From an uncultured Nitrososphaerota archaeon (GTDB taxonomy: Archaea > Thermoproteota > Methanomethylicia > Culexarchaeales > Culexmicrobiaceae): a stretch of 64,000 nucleotides of DNA. The notes beneath the pieces were generated by a model, which saw only the letters and a program-made list of their open reading frames with translations, ran no database searches and had not been told where the DNA came from. Made by a program: the position numbers and the translations under genes. The stretch spans positions 3,618-67,617 of the forward strand of contig CAYWZQ010000009.1 in the NCBI GenBank assembly GCA_964462875.1, in the 5' to 3' direction. This document shows positions 56,162 through 64,000 of this stretch, piece by piece. Each line of letters begins with the position of its first letter. Within the stretch, counting starts at the first letter, position 1.

Positions 56162-57556
56162 CTATTTTTCAAATATTCTGGCGTATCTAGCCCATCTATA
56201 GTATGCACCTAGAGAGGATGCAGCCCTATCGGGAGATGGATATGCGGGTACGCCAACATCATTTAGCAGCTTTAATCCTTCATAACATTCTACCCCACCA
56301 ATGAAGCTAACTACAAGTGGCTTAGGAGCTCTAGATTCAATGTAGCTTCTCACGATTGCCCTAGCAACCATGCCCGGATCAGTTATTGCGGTGTGACAGT
56401 AAATTACTAATATGGCACCAATTCTTGGGTCCTCAAGAGCTACTTTAACTGCACCAGCATAAGCCTCCTCAGTTGCTTCGCCGGTTAGGTCTATGGGGTT
56501 TCTCACGCTTCCAAAGGGAGGCATAAACTTTCTAAATTCATTGGCTAAGTCCTCCGGTAAATCCATTAAGTGAAGCTCATACTCTTCACATGCATCTGCT
56601 GCTATTACGCCAGCTCCACCACCATTAGTTATGACAACAACGTTCTCATTTATTGGAGGAGGCTGGAAAACCATAGTTCTAGCCCAATCAAATGCTTCTT
56701 GAATAGACTTGGCTCTTAAAACACCTGCCTGCCTGAAAGCCGCACTATAGACCTCATCAGAACCAGCCAATGAACCAGTATGTGATGCAGCCGCCAAGGC
56801 ACCTCTCTCAGATCTACCAGCCTTAAGCACAATAATTGGTTTCACCTTACTAACTCTTTTCGCTACTTCCAAGAAGCGCCTCCCATTCTTTAAGCCCTCC
56901 ATGTAAATTAAAATGACCTTAGAATTTGGATCATTAACGAAGAAATCAAGCAAATCTGCATCCTCAATATCAGCTTTATTTCCAACGCTCACAACAGCTG
57001 ATAAGCCAATTCTCTCTAGAAAAGTCCATCCCATAAGAGCTATGCCCAAGGCACCGCTTTGAGATATAAATGCTATATTACCTTTTCGAACCTTCATGGG
57101 GCCAAATGTAGCATTTAACTTAGAGGGAGTATAAAGCACGCCGAAAACATTTGGACCCAAAATTCGCATGCCATATTTCCTAGCTATTTCAACTACTTTC
57201 CTCTCAGCTTCAACATTACCTACTTCAGAGAAACCAGAACTTATTATCACAACAACCTTTACTCCCTTTCTCCCGCAATCCTCAAGAACCTTAGGCACAA
57301 TTCTTGCTGGAACAGAAATTACTGCTAAGTCAACTTCATCTGGAACATCGACTATTGATGGATAAGCTTTATACCCCAAAATTTCATCTGCATGAGGATT
57401 CACCGGGAATATTTTTCCATCATATCCGAAGCCTATTATGTTCCTTAGAATTTCATGACCAATTTTACCAGGAGATCTCGATGCACCTATAATTGCAACT
57501 GACCTGGGATAAAAAAGATATTTAAGCCCATTAGAGCTCTCAACATGATTACCCAT
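56162..57556 (-). CDS. Acetyl-CoA synthetase (ADP-forming) alpha subunit / NDP-forming acyl-CoA synthetase
   Basis: N-terminal CoA-binding 'PRSVAIIGASRSPGKIG' followed by a succinyl-CoA-synthetase-like ligase domain. 464 aa. No beta subunit is adjacent. Confidence 0.8.
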   Translation of the reverse strand: MGNHVESSNGLKYLFYPRSVAIIGASRSPGKIGHEILRNIIGFGYDGKIFPVNPHADEILGYKAYPSIVDVPDEVDLAVISVPARIVPKVLEDCGRKGVKVVVIISSGFSEVGNVEAERKVVEIARKYGMRILGPNVFGVLYTPSKLNATFGPMKVRKGNIAFISQSGALGIALMGWTFLERIGLSAVVSVGNKADIEDADLLDFFVNDPNSKVILIYMEGLKNGRRFLEVAKRVSKVKPIIVLKAGRSERGALAAASHTGSLAGSDEVYSAAFRQAGVLRAKSIQEAFDWARTMVFQPPPINENVVVITNGGGAGVIAADACEEYELHLMDLPEDLANEFRKFMPPFGSVRNPIDLTGEATEEAYAGAVKVALEDPRIGAILVIYCHTAITDPGMVARAIVRSYIESRAPKPLVVSFIGGVECYEGLKLLNDVGVPAYPSPDRAASSLGAYYRWARYARIFEK

Positions 57557-57750
57557 GAAAATCCTCTCACTTAGTCGTAGGGAGTATTATAAGAATAAAA
57601 TAAATATTTTATCTCTTACCTAATTATTGAACCTTCTTTATATAAGTAAAGTTCAACCAATCATAAGAGTCACCACGACATGAAGCAGCCAAGAAAGGAA
57701 ATTAATATATCTTGAAAGAAATGACCACTTATTCGGAAAGTGTGAGATTA

Positions 57751-59310
57751 ATGAGGATAAGTAGAGTCATAGTAGTTGACTTCGGATCTCAATATACGCA
57801 TCTTATTGCTAGGAGGGTTAGAGAGCTAAAGGTATATAGCATTGTTGTACCTTGTATGGAAGGCCCAGAACTTTACAACAATCTCAAACCAAATGGAATA
57901 ATATTATCTGGTGGGCCAAGAAGCGTATATGAAGAAAACGCTCCAACAATAAATAAGGACGTACTAGATTGGGCTATTGAGAATAAGATTCCAGTATTAG
58001 GAATATGCTATGGACACCAGCTAATAGCCAAGATGCTTGGCGGAGAAGTCATGAGAGGAAAGGAGGGAGAGTATGGCTTAAGTAAATTGGAAGTCCATAA
58101 TGAAGACTTGATATTTAAGGGTACGCCAAGAGTTCAAGATGTATGGATGTCCCATAGAGACTTAGTAGCAAAATTACCAGAAAACTTTGAAATCCTAGCT
58201 TCAACAAAATATACAGCAATAGCAGCATATAAGTCAAAAGACAACTTAATTTATGGACTCCAATTTCACCCAGAAGTCAGACATACCAAATATGGCAAGA
58301 AAATTTTAAGAAACTTCCTATTTGAAGTATGCAATTGTAAAGCAAACTGGAGACTAGGTGACTTCATTAAAAGGAAAGTCAGGGAAATAAAGCAGACAAT
58401 TGGAAGTAGCAATGTGATCATGGCGGCTAGCGGAGGAGTGGATTCCACAACAGCTGCATATTTAATTAAAATGGCTGTTGGAGATAAGTTACACTTAGTC
58501 TATGTTGATACGGGGCTAATGAGAGAAAAAGAGGATGAGGAAGTAATTAGTATGCTTAAAAAATTGGGATTTAAACACATTCATAGAGTTAATGCAGCAA
58601 AAATTTTTCTAAAGAGACTGAAGGGAGTAGTTGACCCGGAAAAGAAGAGACAAATCATTGCTAGGACATTCATCGAAGTTTTTGAGGAAAAAGCTAGGGA
58701 ATTAGAAAGAATTTACGGTAAATTCGAGTTTCTGGGTCAGGGAACAATATATCCCGATAGAATTGAAAGCGGACAAGCAAGTCCACTAGCTGATAGAATA
58801 AAAAGCCATCACAACGTGGTTTTACCCAAAGGAATGAAATTCAAGCTAATAGAACCAATAGCAGACTTATATAAAGATGAAGTTAGGAAAATAGCTAGAA
58901 AGCTAGGTTTACCGAAAGAACTAGTTAAGAGGCATCCATTTCCAGGTCCAGGACTAGCAGTAAGAATTATAGGTGAGGTAACGGAGGAGAAGCTCAAAAT
59001 TCTAAGGAAAGCAGATAAAATTGTTGAAGAAGAAATGAAGAAAAGTGGATGGTACTGGAGAGTATGGCAAGCCTTTCCAGTACTATTACCAGTAAAAACT
59101 GTAGGAGTTATGGGAGACCAAAGATCCTACAACTATGCTATTGCACTGAGAATAGTTTATAGCGAGGATGGTATGACCGCGAACTTCGTTAAAATGCCGT
59201 GGAAGCTGCTTGAGCGAATAGCCAGTAGAATAGTTAATGAAGTTGATGGAGTAAATAGAGTGTTATATGACGTTACAAATAAACCTCCAGCTACAATAGA
59301 ATTTGAATAA
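57751..59310 (+). CDS. guaA: GMP synthase (glutamine-hydrolysing), fused GATase and ATP-pyrophosphatase domains
   Basis: 'IVVDFGSQYTHLIARRVRE', 'ICYGHQL' (GATase) and 'SGGVDST' (PP-loop). The track ORF starts 13 codons upstream at 57712, so the start is ambiguous. Confidence 0.9.
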   Translation: MRISRVIVVDFGSQYTHLIARRVRELKVYSIVVPCMEGPELYNNLKPNGIILSGGPRSVYEENAPTINKDVLDWAIENKIPVLGICYGHQLIAKMLGGEVMRGKEGEYGLSKLEVHNEDLIFKGTPRVQDVWMSHRDLVAKLPENFEILASTKYTAIAAYKSKDNLIYGLQFHPEVRHTKYGKKILRNFLFEVCNCKANWRLGDFIKRKVREIKQTIGSSNVIMAASGGVDSTTAAYLIKMAVGDKLHLVYVDTGLMREKEDEEVISMLKKLGFKHIHRVNAAKIFLKRLKGVVDPEKKRQIIARTFIEVFEEKARELERIYGKFEFLGQGTIYPDRIESGQASPLADRIKSHHNVVLPKGMKFKLIEPIADLYKDEVRKIARKLGLPKELVKRHPFPGPGLAVRIIGEVTEEKLKILRKADKIVEEEMKKSGWYWRVWQAFPVLLPVKTVGVMGDQRSYNYAIALRIVYSEDGMTANFVKMPWKLLERIASRIVNEVDGVNRVLYDVTNKPPATIEFE

Positions 59311-59367
59311 ATCAAAGTGTTAAAATAATACATAACCACTATTTTACAGTGATTTAAAGGTGAAAGT

Positions 59368-60228
59368 ATGATACCCACGAGAGCGGCTCCTCCAAGAAAA
59401 ACGCCAATAATTACTTGGAGTTTAATAGCAATAAATACAGCCATATTCCTATACTTAATATTCAAAGGTGGAAGAGCACTTGAAATTGCAACCATGAAAT
59501 ATGGAATGATACCCATTTATATTCTAAGAGGAAGAAAGCTCTACACACTAATCACATCAATGTTTCTGCATGGAAGTCTATATCACCTTATAGGAAACAT
59601 GATATACCTTCACGTTTTCGGCAGCAGTGTTGAATCAAGACTGGGGAGGATGAAATACTTAGCATTATATTTGTTGAGTGGAATTTTCGCCTCAATAGCC
59701 CATATAATAATACAGCTGTTCTTCGCGCAACCAATAATTATTTATGGTCCATATCTTGTTCCTGTCAAAATAATTGATCCACTTAAAATTCCATGCATTG
59801 GTGCGAGCGGCGCAATATCAGGCGTTTTGGGTGCTTACCTGATTATGTTCCCATATTCGAAAGTTGGAGTAATGACATATGATATCTTCGGCTTTCCAAT
59901 AATGATTTCAGTACCAGCTTATGTCTTCATAGGCTTCTGGTTCATCTATCAGCTATACATGGGCTTCATGAGTTTAGTGGCACCATTCATCTACTATGCA
60001 GGGGTAGCATTTTGGGCGCATATTGGTGGGTTTATTGGCGGACTAATTTTATGCGCATTCATGGGGGGAAGAAGAAGAAAGAAAATATACTGGCTTGGAA
60101 GAAGATGGTACGACATACCAGTCTATGCATTAACAAGCAACATAAACCATAAATCTACAAAACACTTTGACCTCACTGCTCTTCAAGATAGCGCTTATAA
60201 TTTTCAAATATCGTTGGAGCAACCTTGA
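59368..60228 (+). CDS. Rhomboid-family intramembrane serine protease
   Basis: 'GASGAISGVLGAYL' (GxSG) and 'AHIGGFIGGL' (catalytic His) on polytopic helices. Confidence 0.8.
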   Translation: MIPTRAAPPRKTPIITWSLIAINTAIFLYLIFKGGRALEIATMKYGMIPIYILRGRKLYTLITSMFLHGSLYHLIGNMIYLHVFGSSVESRLGRMKYLALYLLSGIFASIAHIIIQLFFAQPIIIYGPYLVPVKIIDPLKIPCIGASGAISGVLGAYLIMFPYSKVGVMTYDIFGFPIMISVPAYVFIGFWFIYQLYMGFMSLVAPFIYYAGVAFWAHIGGFIGGLILCAFMGGRRRKKIYWLGRRWYDIPVYALTSNINHKSTKHFDLTALQDSAYNFQISLEQP

Positions 60229-60793
60229 TCACTTCTTTAAGCATTAATTTAGCCATTTCACGTATCTCCCATTGAGCATCCTTCGCTAATCTTAAGTTAA
60301 AGAAGTGCATAAGTTCCCTAGCATTCATTGTAACAACAATTGATGTCTCAACTCCTTGGGGAATTACATATCTCGCATCCTCCTTCGGCACTCCCAAATC
60401 AATGAGTTTCTTATAAGCTTCCCTAGCCTTTTCAACTACTTCAATAAAGATTCTATATGCCTCGCTTACCTTCCTTATCGATGGAGGTACAATGAAATTC
60501 GCATTTCTCAAATTAACTGCCCTCTGACTCTGCTGACTATAACTTGCTATACGATGCCTAACTAGCTGATGACTGGTTACTCTACTAATTCCCTCAATTA
60601 AAAAAGTGAAGGATGCATGCTCTATTGGACTTAAATGACCCATCTTAATACACATTTTAATTAAGCGTTTGATATCGTCGTCACTTAATTCTTTATAAAT
60701 TTCATCGGCACCCTTACGGCTTCTACATTGCCTAATAGCGCTGGCGACAACACGCTCCGGATCAGGAGTATATGCCAGCAGAACTACTCTCAC
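60173..60793 (-). CDS. thyX: Flavin-dependent thymidylate synthase
   Basis: ThyX signature 'SHQLVRHRIASYSQQSQRAV' (RHRxxSxxxxSxR). Confidence 0.85.
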   Translation of the reverse strand: MRVVLLAYTPDPERVVASAIRQCRSRKGADEIYKELSDDDIKRLIKMCIKMGHLSPIEHASFTFLIEGISRVTSHQLVRHRIASYSQQSQRAVNLRNANFIVPPSIRKVSEAYRIFIEVVEKAREAYKKLIDLGVPKEDARYVIPQGVETSIVVTMNARELMHFFNLRLAKDAQWEIREMAKLMLKEVIKVAPTIFENYKRYLEEQ

Positions 60794-60928
60794 ATTAACC
60801 CCTCAAATAGTACTTTCTGTATACAAGAAGGTATTCTGCTTTACGACCTTAACTGAGCAAATATGCGCAAAAGAATACATGAGAAATACTTACGTATTCT
60901 ATGAGCAATATGAGTTAGAGGAGAGCAC

Positions 60929-61156
60929 ATGATTCAAGTGAAAATTGATAGAGATAAATGCATCGGGTGCGGCGGCTGCATTATACTCCTTCCAGCACTC
61001 TTTGAATATTCTGAACAAGCTAAAGCAAGAATTAGGAGCAAATATAGAGTTGATGAAGAAGGATGTATTGGAAGAGTGAATGATGAATTAGGTGAGAAGC
61101 TCAAGAAAATTGCCGAGCTATGCCCCACATACGCGATAACAGTTGAGGCGAGGTAA
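60929..61156 (+). CDS. Small ferredoxin (single Cys cluster motif)
   Basis: 'CIGCGGCI...ELCP'. 75 aa. Lies 28 nt upstream of thiC. Confidence 0.55.
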   Translation: MIQVKIDRDKCIGCGGCIILLPALFEYSEQAKARIRSKYRVDEEGCIGRVNDELGEKLKKIAELCPTYAITVEAR

Positions 61157-61184
61157 AATAATATATGTCTAAACGTAAAATTCA

Positions 61185-62501
61185 ATGCTAAATAATGTGG
61201 GAGGAATTGTGGTGGCAACCCAGCTACTCGAAGCCAAGCATGGAAAAATAAGTGAAGAAGTCAAGGAAGTGGCAAGAAAAGAGAACATGGATCCCGAAAA
61301 GCTTGCCAGGTTAGTTGCTAGAGGACTAATAATAATACCCAGGAACATTAAAAGGGAAAAAATAAAGATAACTGGTGTTGGTACTGGACTTAAAACTAAA
61401 GTCAATGTTAATATTGGAACATCAACACTATACGCCGACCTCGACATGGAAATCGAGAAAGCCAAAATTGCAGTTAAATATGGCACGGATACAATAATGG
61501 ATTTAAGCACTGGAGGAGATCTAAATCTCATCAGAAGAAAGCTCATGGAAGTAGCTCCCGTACCCTTCGGCACAGTTCCAATATATCAAGCTTTTATTGA
61601 GGCGGCGAAAAGAGAGGGAGCCGGAATCCACATGAACGAAGACGATATCTTCAATACAATAGAACTGCATATGAAGGATGGAGTCGACTTCATGACAATA
61701 CATGCGGGAATAACACTTGAAATCGCGAAAAAAGCTGTGAAATCAAACAGAGTAACTGGAATTGTTAGTAGAGGAGGAGCAATATTAACTGCATGGATGC
61801 TTCATAACGAAAGGGAGAACCCCCTATATGAGAACTACGACTACCTACTTGAAATGGCTCGAGAATATGATGTAGTCATTAGCTTGGGTGACGCGCTGAG
61901 ACCAGGATGCATAGCCGATGCACACGATTACCTCCAAATGGCAGAGCTACTAGTCGTCTCAGAACTTGTAGAAAAATCCTGGAAGGCAGGAGTTCAAGTC
62001 ATGGTTGAGGGGCCTGGACATGTACCAATAAACCAAGTGGCCGCAGACATCAGGCTACAGAAGGCCATTTGCAAAGGCGCACCCTACTATGTGCTCGGAC
62101 CAATAGTAACAGACATAGGAGCGGGATACGATCACATATCATCAGCCATCGGAGCAGCAATAGCTGCAGCTGAAGGAGCAGACCTAATATGCTACTTAAC
62201 ACCAGCAGAGCACCTATCACTACCAAGCCCGGAAGATGTTAAGGAGGGGCTAATAGCAGCAAAAATTGCGGCTCATGCAGGAGATGTAGTTAAACTTGGA
62301 GAGAAAGCAATGAAAAAAGACCTAGAGATGTCAATTGCTAGAGCCAACTTGGATTGGAATAGAATGTTCAAGCTCTCACTTGACCCTGAAAAAGCTAGAG
62401 AAATGCATAGAAGATTTGGCGGAACAGAGGGGCCTTGCACAATGTGTGGTGAACTATGTGTTTATCTGTTACTAGATAAATGGAGGAAGAAAAGTGTCTG
62501 A
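61185..62501 (+). CDS. thiC: Phosphomethylpyrimidine synthase
   Basis: ThiC-length protein with the C-terminal 'CTMCGELC' Fe-S motif and conserved '[10 protein letters not shown]' / 'DLSTGG' blocks. Confidence 0.88.
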   Translation: MLNNVGGIVVATQLLEAKHGKISEEVKEVARKENMDPEKLARLVARGLIIIPRNIKREKIKITGVGTGLKTKVNVNIGTSTLYADLDMEIEKAKIAVKYGTDTIMDLSTGGDLNLIRRKLMEVAPVPFGTVPIYQAFIEAAKREGAGIHMNEDDIFNTIELHMKDGVDFMTIHAGITLEIAKKAVKSNRVTGIVSRGGAILTAWMLHNERENPLYENYDYLLEMAREYDVVISLGDALRPGCIADAHDYLQMAELLVVSELVEKSWKAGVQVMVEGPGHVPINQVAADIRLQKAICKGAPYYVLGPIVTDIGAGYDHISSAIGAAIAAAEGADLICYLTPAEHLSLPSPEDVKEGLIAAKIAAHAGDVVKLGEKAMKKDLEMSIARANLDWNRMFKLSLDPEKAREMHRRFGGTEGPCTMCGELCVYLLLDKWRKKSV

Positions 62502-62991
62502 AGCCAAGCTTCTTAGTATCTGGGTTAAGGCACCAATACTTAAGGGAGCAGATATACTCTTGGTCAGTGAATGCGTCAAGTACGTAAATCCCAAAATTCT
62601 CAAGGAAATCGGTAAAGGAAAAACAATTCTAACCTACTGTCCAGAACGGGAAGGAGCTATGGGTTATGGTAAGCTGGCCTCGATAATTAGAGCTTCAAAG
62701 CCAAAAAGCATAACTGTCCTAACCATAGATGGATCGCCACACTGCATTCAACTTCACGCAGCAGTCAATGAAGCAATATTCGATACTGCGGAGCAAATAA
62801 GGCAGGAACACTTTGTGCTAGTTGATGGCATCCAATTAGTTAAAATAGCACCCGATGCAGTTAGAGTTGCGAGATACCTGAGTTTGGTTCAAAAGCTAAT
62901 TAATGAGAAACCAGATATTCTCAGAGAGCTTGAAAAACACAGTCTAGAATATAAGTCTTCGATTAAAATGAAGCTTGAAAAACACAGTTAA
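62494..62991 (+). CDS. Hypothetical protein co-operonic with thiC
   Basis: 165-aa ORF. Its start overlaps the thiC stop by 8 nt. No recognisable motif. Confidence 0.45.
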   Translation: MSEAKLLSIWVKAPILKGADILLVSECVKYVNPKILKEIGKGKTILTYCPEREGAMGYGKLASIIRASKPKSITVLTIDGSPHCIQLHAAVNEAIFDTAEQIRQEHFVLVDGIQLVKIAPDAVRVARYLSLVQKLINEKPDILRELEKHSLEYKSSIKMKLEKHS

Positions 62992-63698
62992 TCTTCAAGA
63001 AAAACTTCAACGGTTACTTCATCACCATCTTCCAATTGCAACACATCCCTCAGCTTTTTGGGAGAGATTACTTCAATGACATCATCACCATAATGCGTGC
63101 GCTCTATAAGTATAATAGCACCGTCAACACCGTTTATTTTAGCTCTGAAGCACTTAGCACCACCATAAGTTCGCTTTCCATCGGAAAAGCCCTTAATTTC
63201 AATTCCAGGCAGAATTTTTAGCAACTTCTTCACCTCGAGATCATAAATACTTTTCAACTTCAAATTTAGTGTCCCAGCATATGGCTTGAAACCTAGCTTC
63301 TCAGAGAACTGATTATAGTAGTGCGGTATGGACATGTAATACGCACCTTCGCCAAAACCAGTAAAAACATAGCCTCTAATAATGAAGGAACGCGGTATTT
63401 CAGAGAACAGCTTTCTTAAATTCACATACACATCTCTTAGCACACTTATTCCCTTCTCCGTTATCTTTATAAACTGCCCTCTCTTCGAAATCTCTCTAAC
63501 TATTAAATTCAGCTCTTCAAGCTCCTTCAATCTCCTTGAAGCTGTTTGCTGAGACACGCCTAAAACTTCTCCCAACTGCTTTGAAGCAATTAATATTGGC
63601 TTCCAGCATCCACCGAGTAAAGCTATTTTGTATAGTGTTATGAAGTACTTGTCCTTCACACTATACAATATTGAGATAAATAAGATATACTTAATCAA
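62988..63698 (-). CDS. RbkR-type regulator: HTH domain fused to a CTP-dependent archaeal riboflavin kinase (MJ0056 family)
   Basis: 'SKQLGEVLGVSQQTASRRLKELEELNLI' HTH. C-terminal 'GYVFTGFGEGAYYMSIPHY...PYAGTLNLKL' riboflavin-kinase beta-barrel motifs. Confidence 0.75.
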   Translation of the reverse strand: MIKYILFISILYSVKDKYFITLYKIALLGGCWKPILIASKQLGEVLGVSQQTASRRLKELEELNLIVREISKRGQFIKITEKGISVLRDVYVNLRKLFSEIPRSFIIRGYVFTGFGEGAYYMSIPHYYNQFSEKLGFKPYAGTLNLKLKSIYDLEVKKLLKILPGIEIKGFSDGKRTYGGAKCFRAKINGVDGAIILIERTHYGDDVIEVISPKKLRDVLQLEDGDEVTVEVFLED

Positions 63699-64000
63699 TT
63701 ACCCCTAACATAAAAGAGAGAAATAAATACTATAGCTGAAATAATCATCATAACAGCACTGGATGCTATAAAGGGCATCAATGGAGAGAGCATCTGATAA
63801 CCATATCCAGCCAAGAAGGAACCGCTAACCATTGAGAATTCGCCAATAAAGCTTTTGATGGCAACAGCCCTCCCTCTAAAGTCCTGAGGTATAATATCAG
63901 TTATTAGAGCCGATGCAACAATAGAGAAAACACTAGAAGAAGTAGAGTAAAGAAGCATAACGATCATTAGGTTTTGCGCCGATGAGGCATAGGGAAAGAG
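63695..64000 (-). CDS. C-terminal part of a membrane transporter (MFS-like). The gene continues beyond the right edge of the window.
   Basis: The reverse-strand frame stays open to position 64000: '...LFPYASSAQNLMIVMLLYSTSSSVFSIVASALITDIIPQDF...'. Hydrophobic helices. Confidence 0.5.
   Translation of the reverse strand, partial: LFPYASSAQNLMIVMLLYSTSSSVFSIVASALITDIIPQDFRGRAVAIKSFIGEFSMVSGSFLAGYGYQMLSPLMPFIASSAVMMIISAIVFISLFYVRGN

Noticed and set aside
60794-61184. Possible TPP riboswitch upstream of thiC
   Set aside because: No CUGAGA / GGGGUGC-type THI-element core. The space is occupied by a ferredoxin ORF, with only 28 nt between it and thiC.

Overview
This is an archaeal chromosomal window of about 40% GC with dense, tightly coupled operons. 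No rRNA, tRNA, CRISPR array or transposase could be supported. Left to right it contains: (1) an iron-uptake module, with a partial feoB and a DtxR-family regulator carrying a FeoA domain. (2) A DNA double-strand-break repair operon, nurA-X-herA-mre11-rad50, with an extra unassigned ORF 'X' between nurA and herA. (3) An HD hydrolase and a flavoprotein. (4) A peptide / N-acyl-amino-acid catabolism cluster: M24 aminopeptidase, M19 dipeptidase, D-aminoacylase, S9 acylaminoacyl-peptidase and a C-N hydrolase. (5) An MgtE-like channel with two PhoU/TrkA-C partner proteins. (6) From about 25.8 to 57.5 kb, an almost complete tetrahydromethanopterin-type Wood-Ljungdahl pathway in one neighbourhood. It holds mer, two CooC/AcsF nickel-insertion ATPases and a CooT-like protein, a fwdB-like / hdrA-mvhD / polyferredoxin operon, cdhABCDE (CODH/ACS) plus a standalone FwdD-like protein, ftr, and mtd-fwdDB-fwdA-fwdC-mch-mptN-like, followed by the ADP-forming acetyl-CoA synthetase alpha subunit. 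(7) Housekeeping genes: guaA, a rhomboid protease, thyX, a ferredoxin-thiC operon and an RbkR-type riboflavin kinase regulator. The pairing of peptide catabolism with acetogenesis-type C1 genes fits an uncultivated TACK/Bathyarchaeia-like acetogen (inference). The most unusual items are: a paralogous pair of uncharacterised Pol-beta nucleotidyltransferase-fold proteins, one in the cdh operon and one in the fwd-mch operon; a cofE-like gene followed by tandem Cys-rich paralogs, convergent with mer; a perfect 13-4-13 palindrome in the divergent cooT / hdrA-fwdB promoter region; the HdrA-linked Fwd-like module that has no HdrBC; and a wHTH-PfkB kinase fusion. No Mcr or Mtr genes are present in the window.
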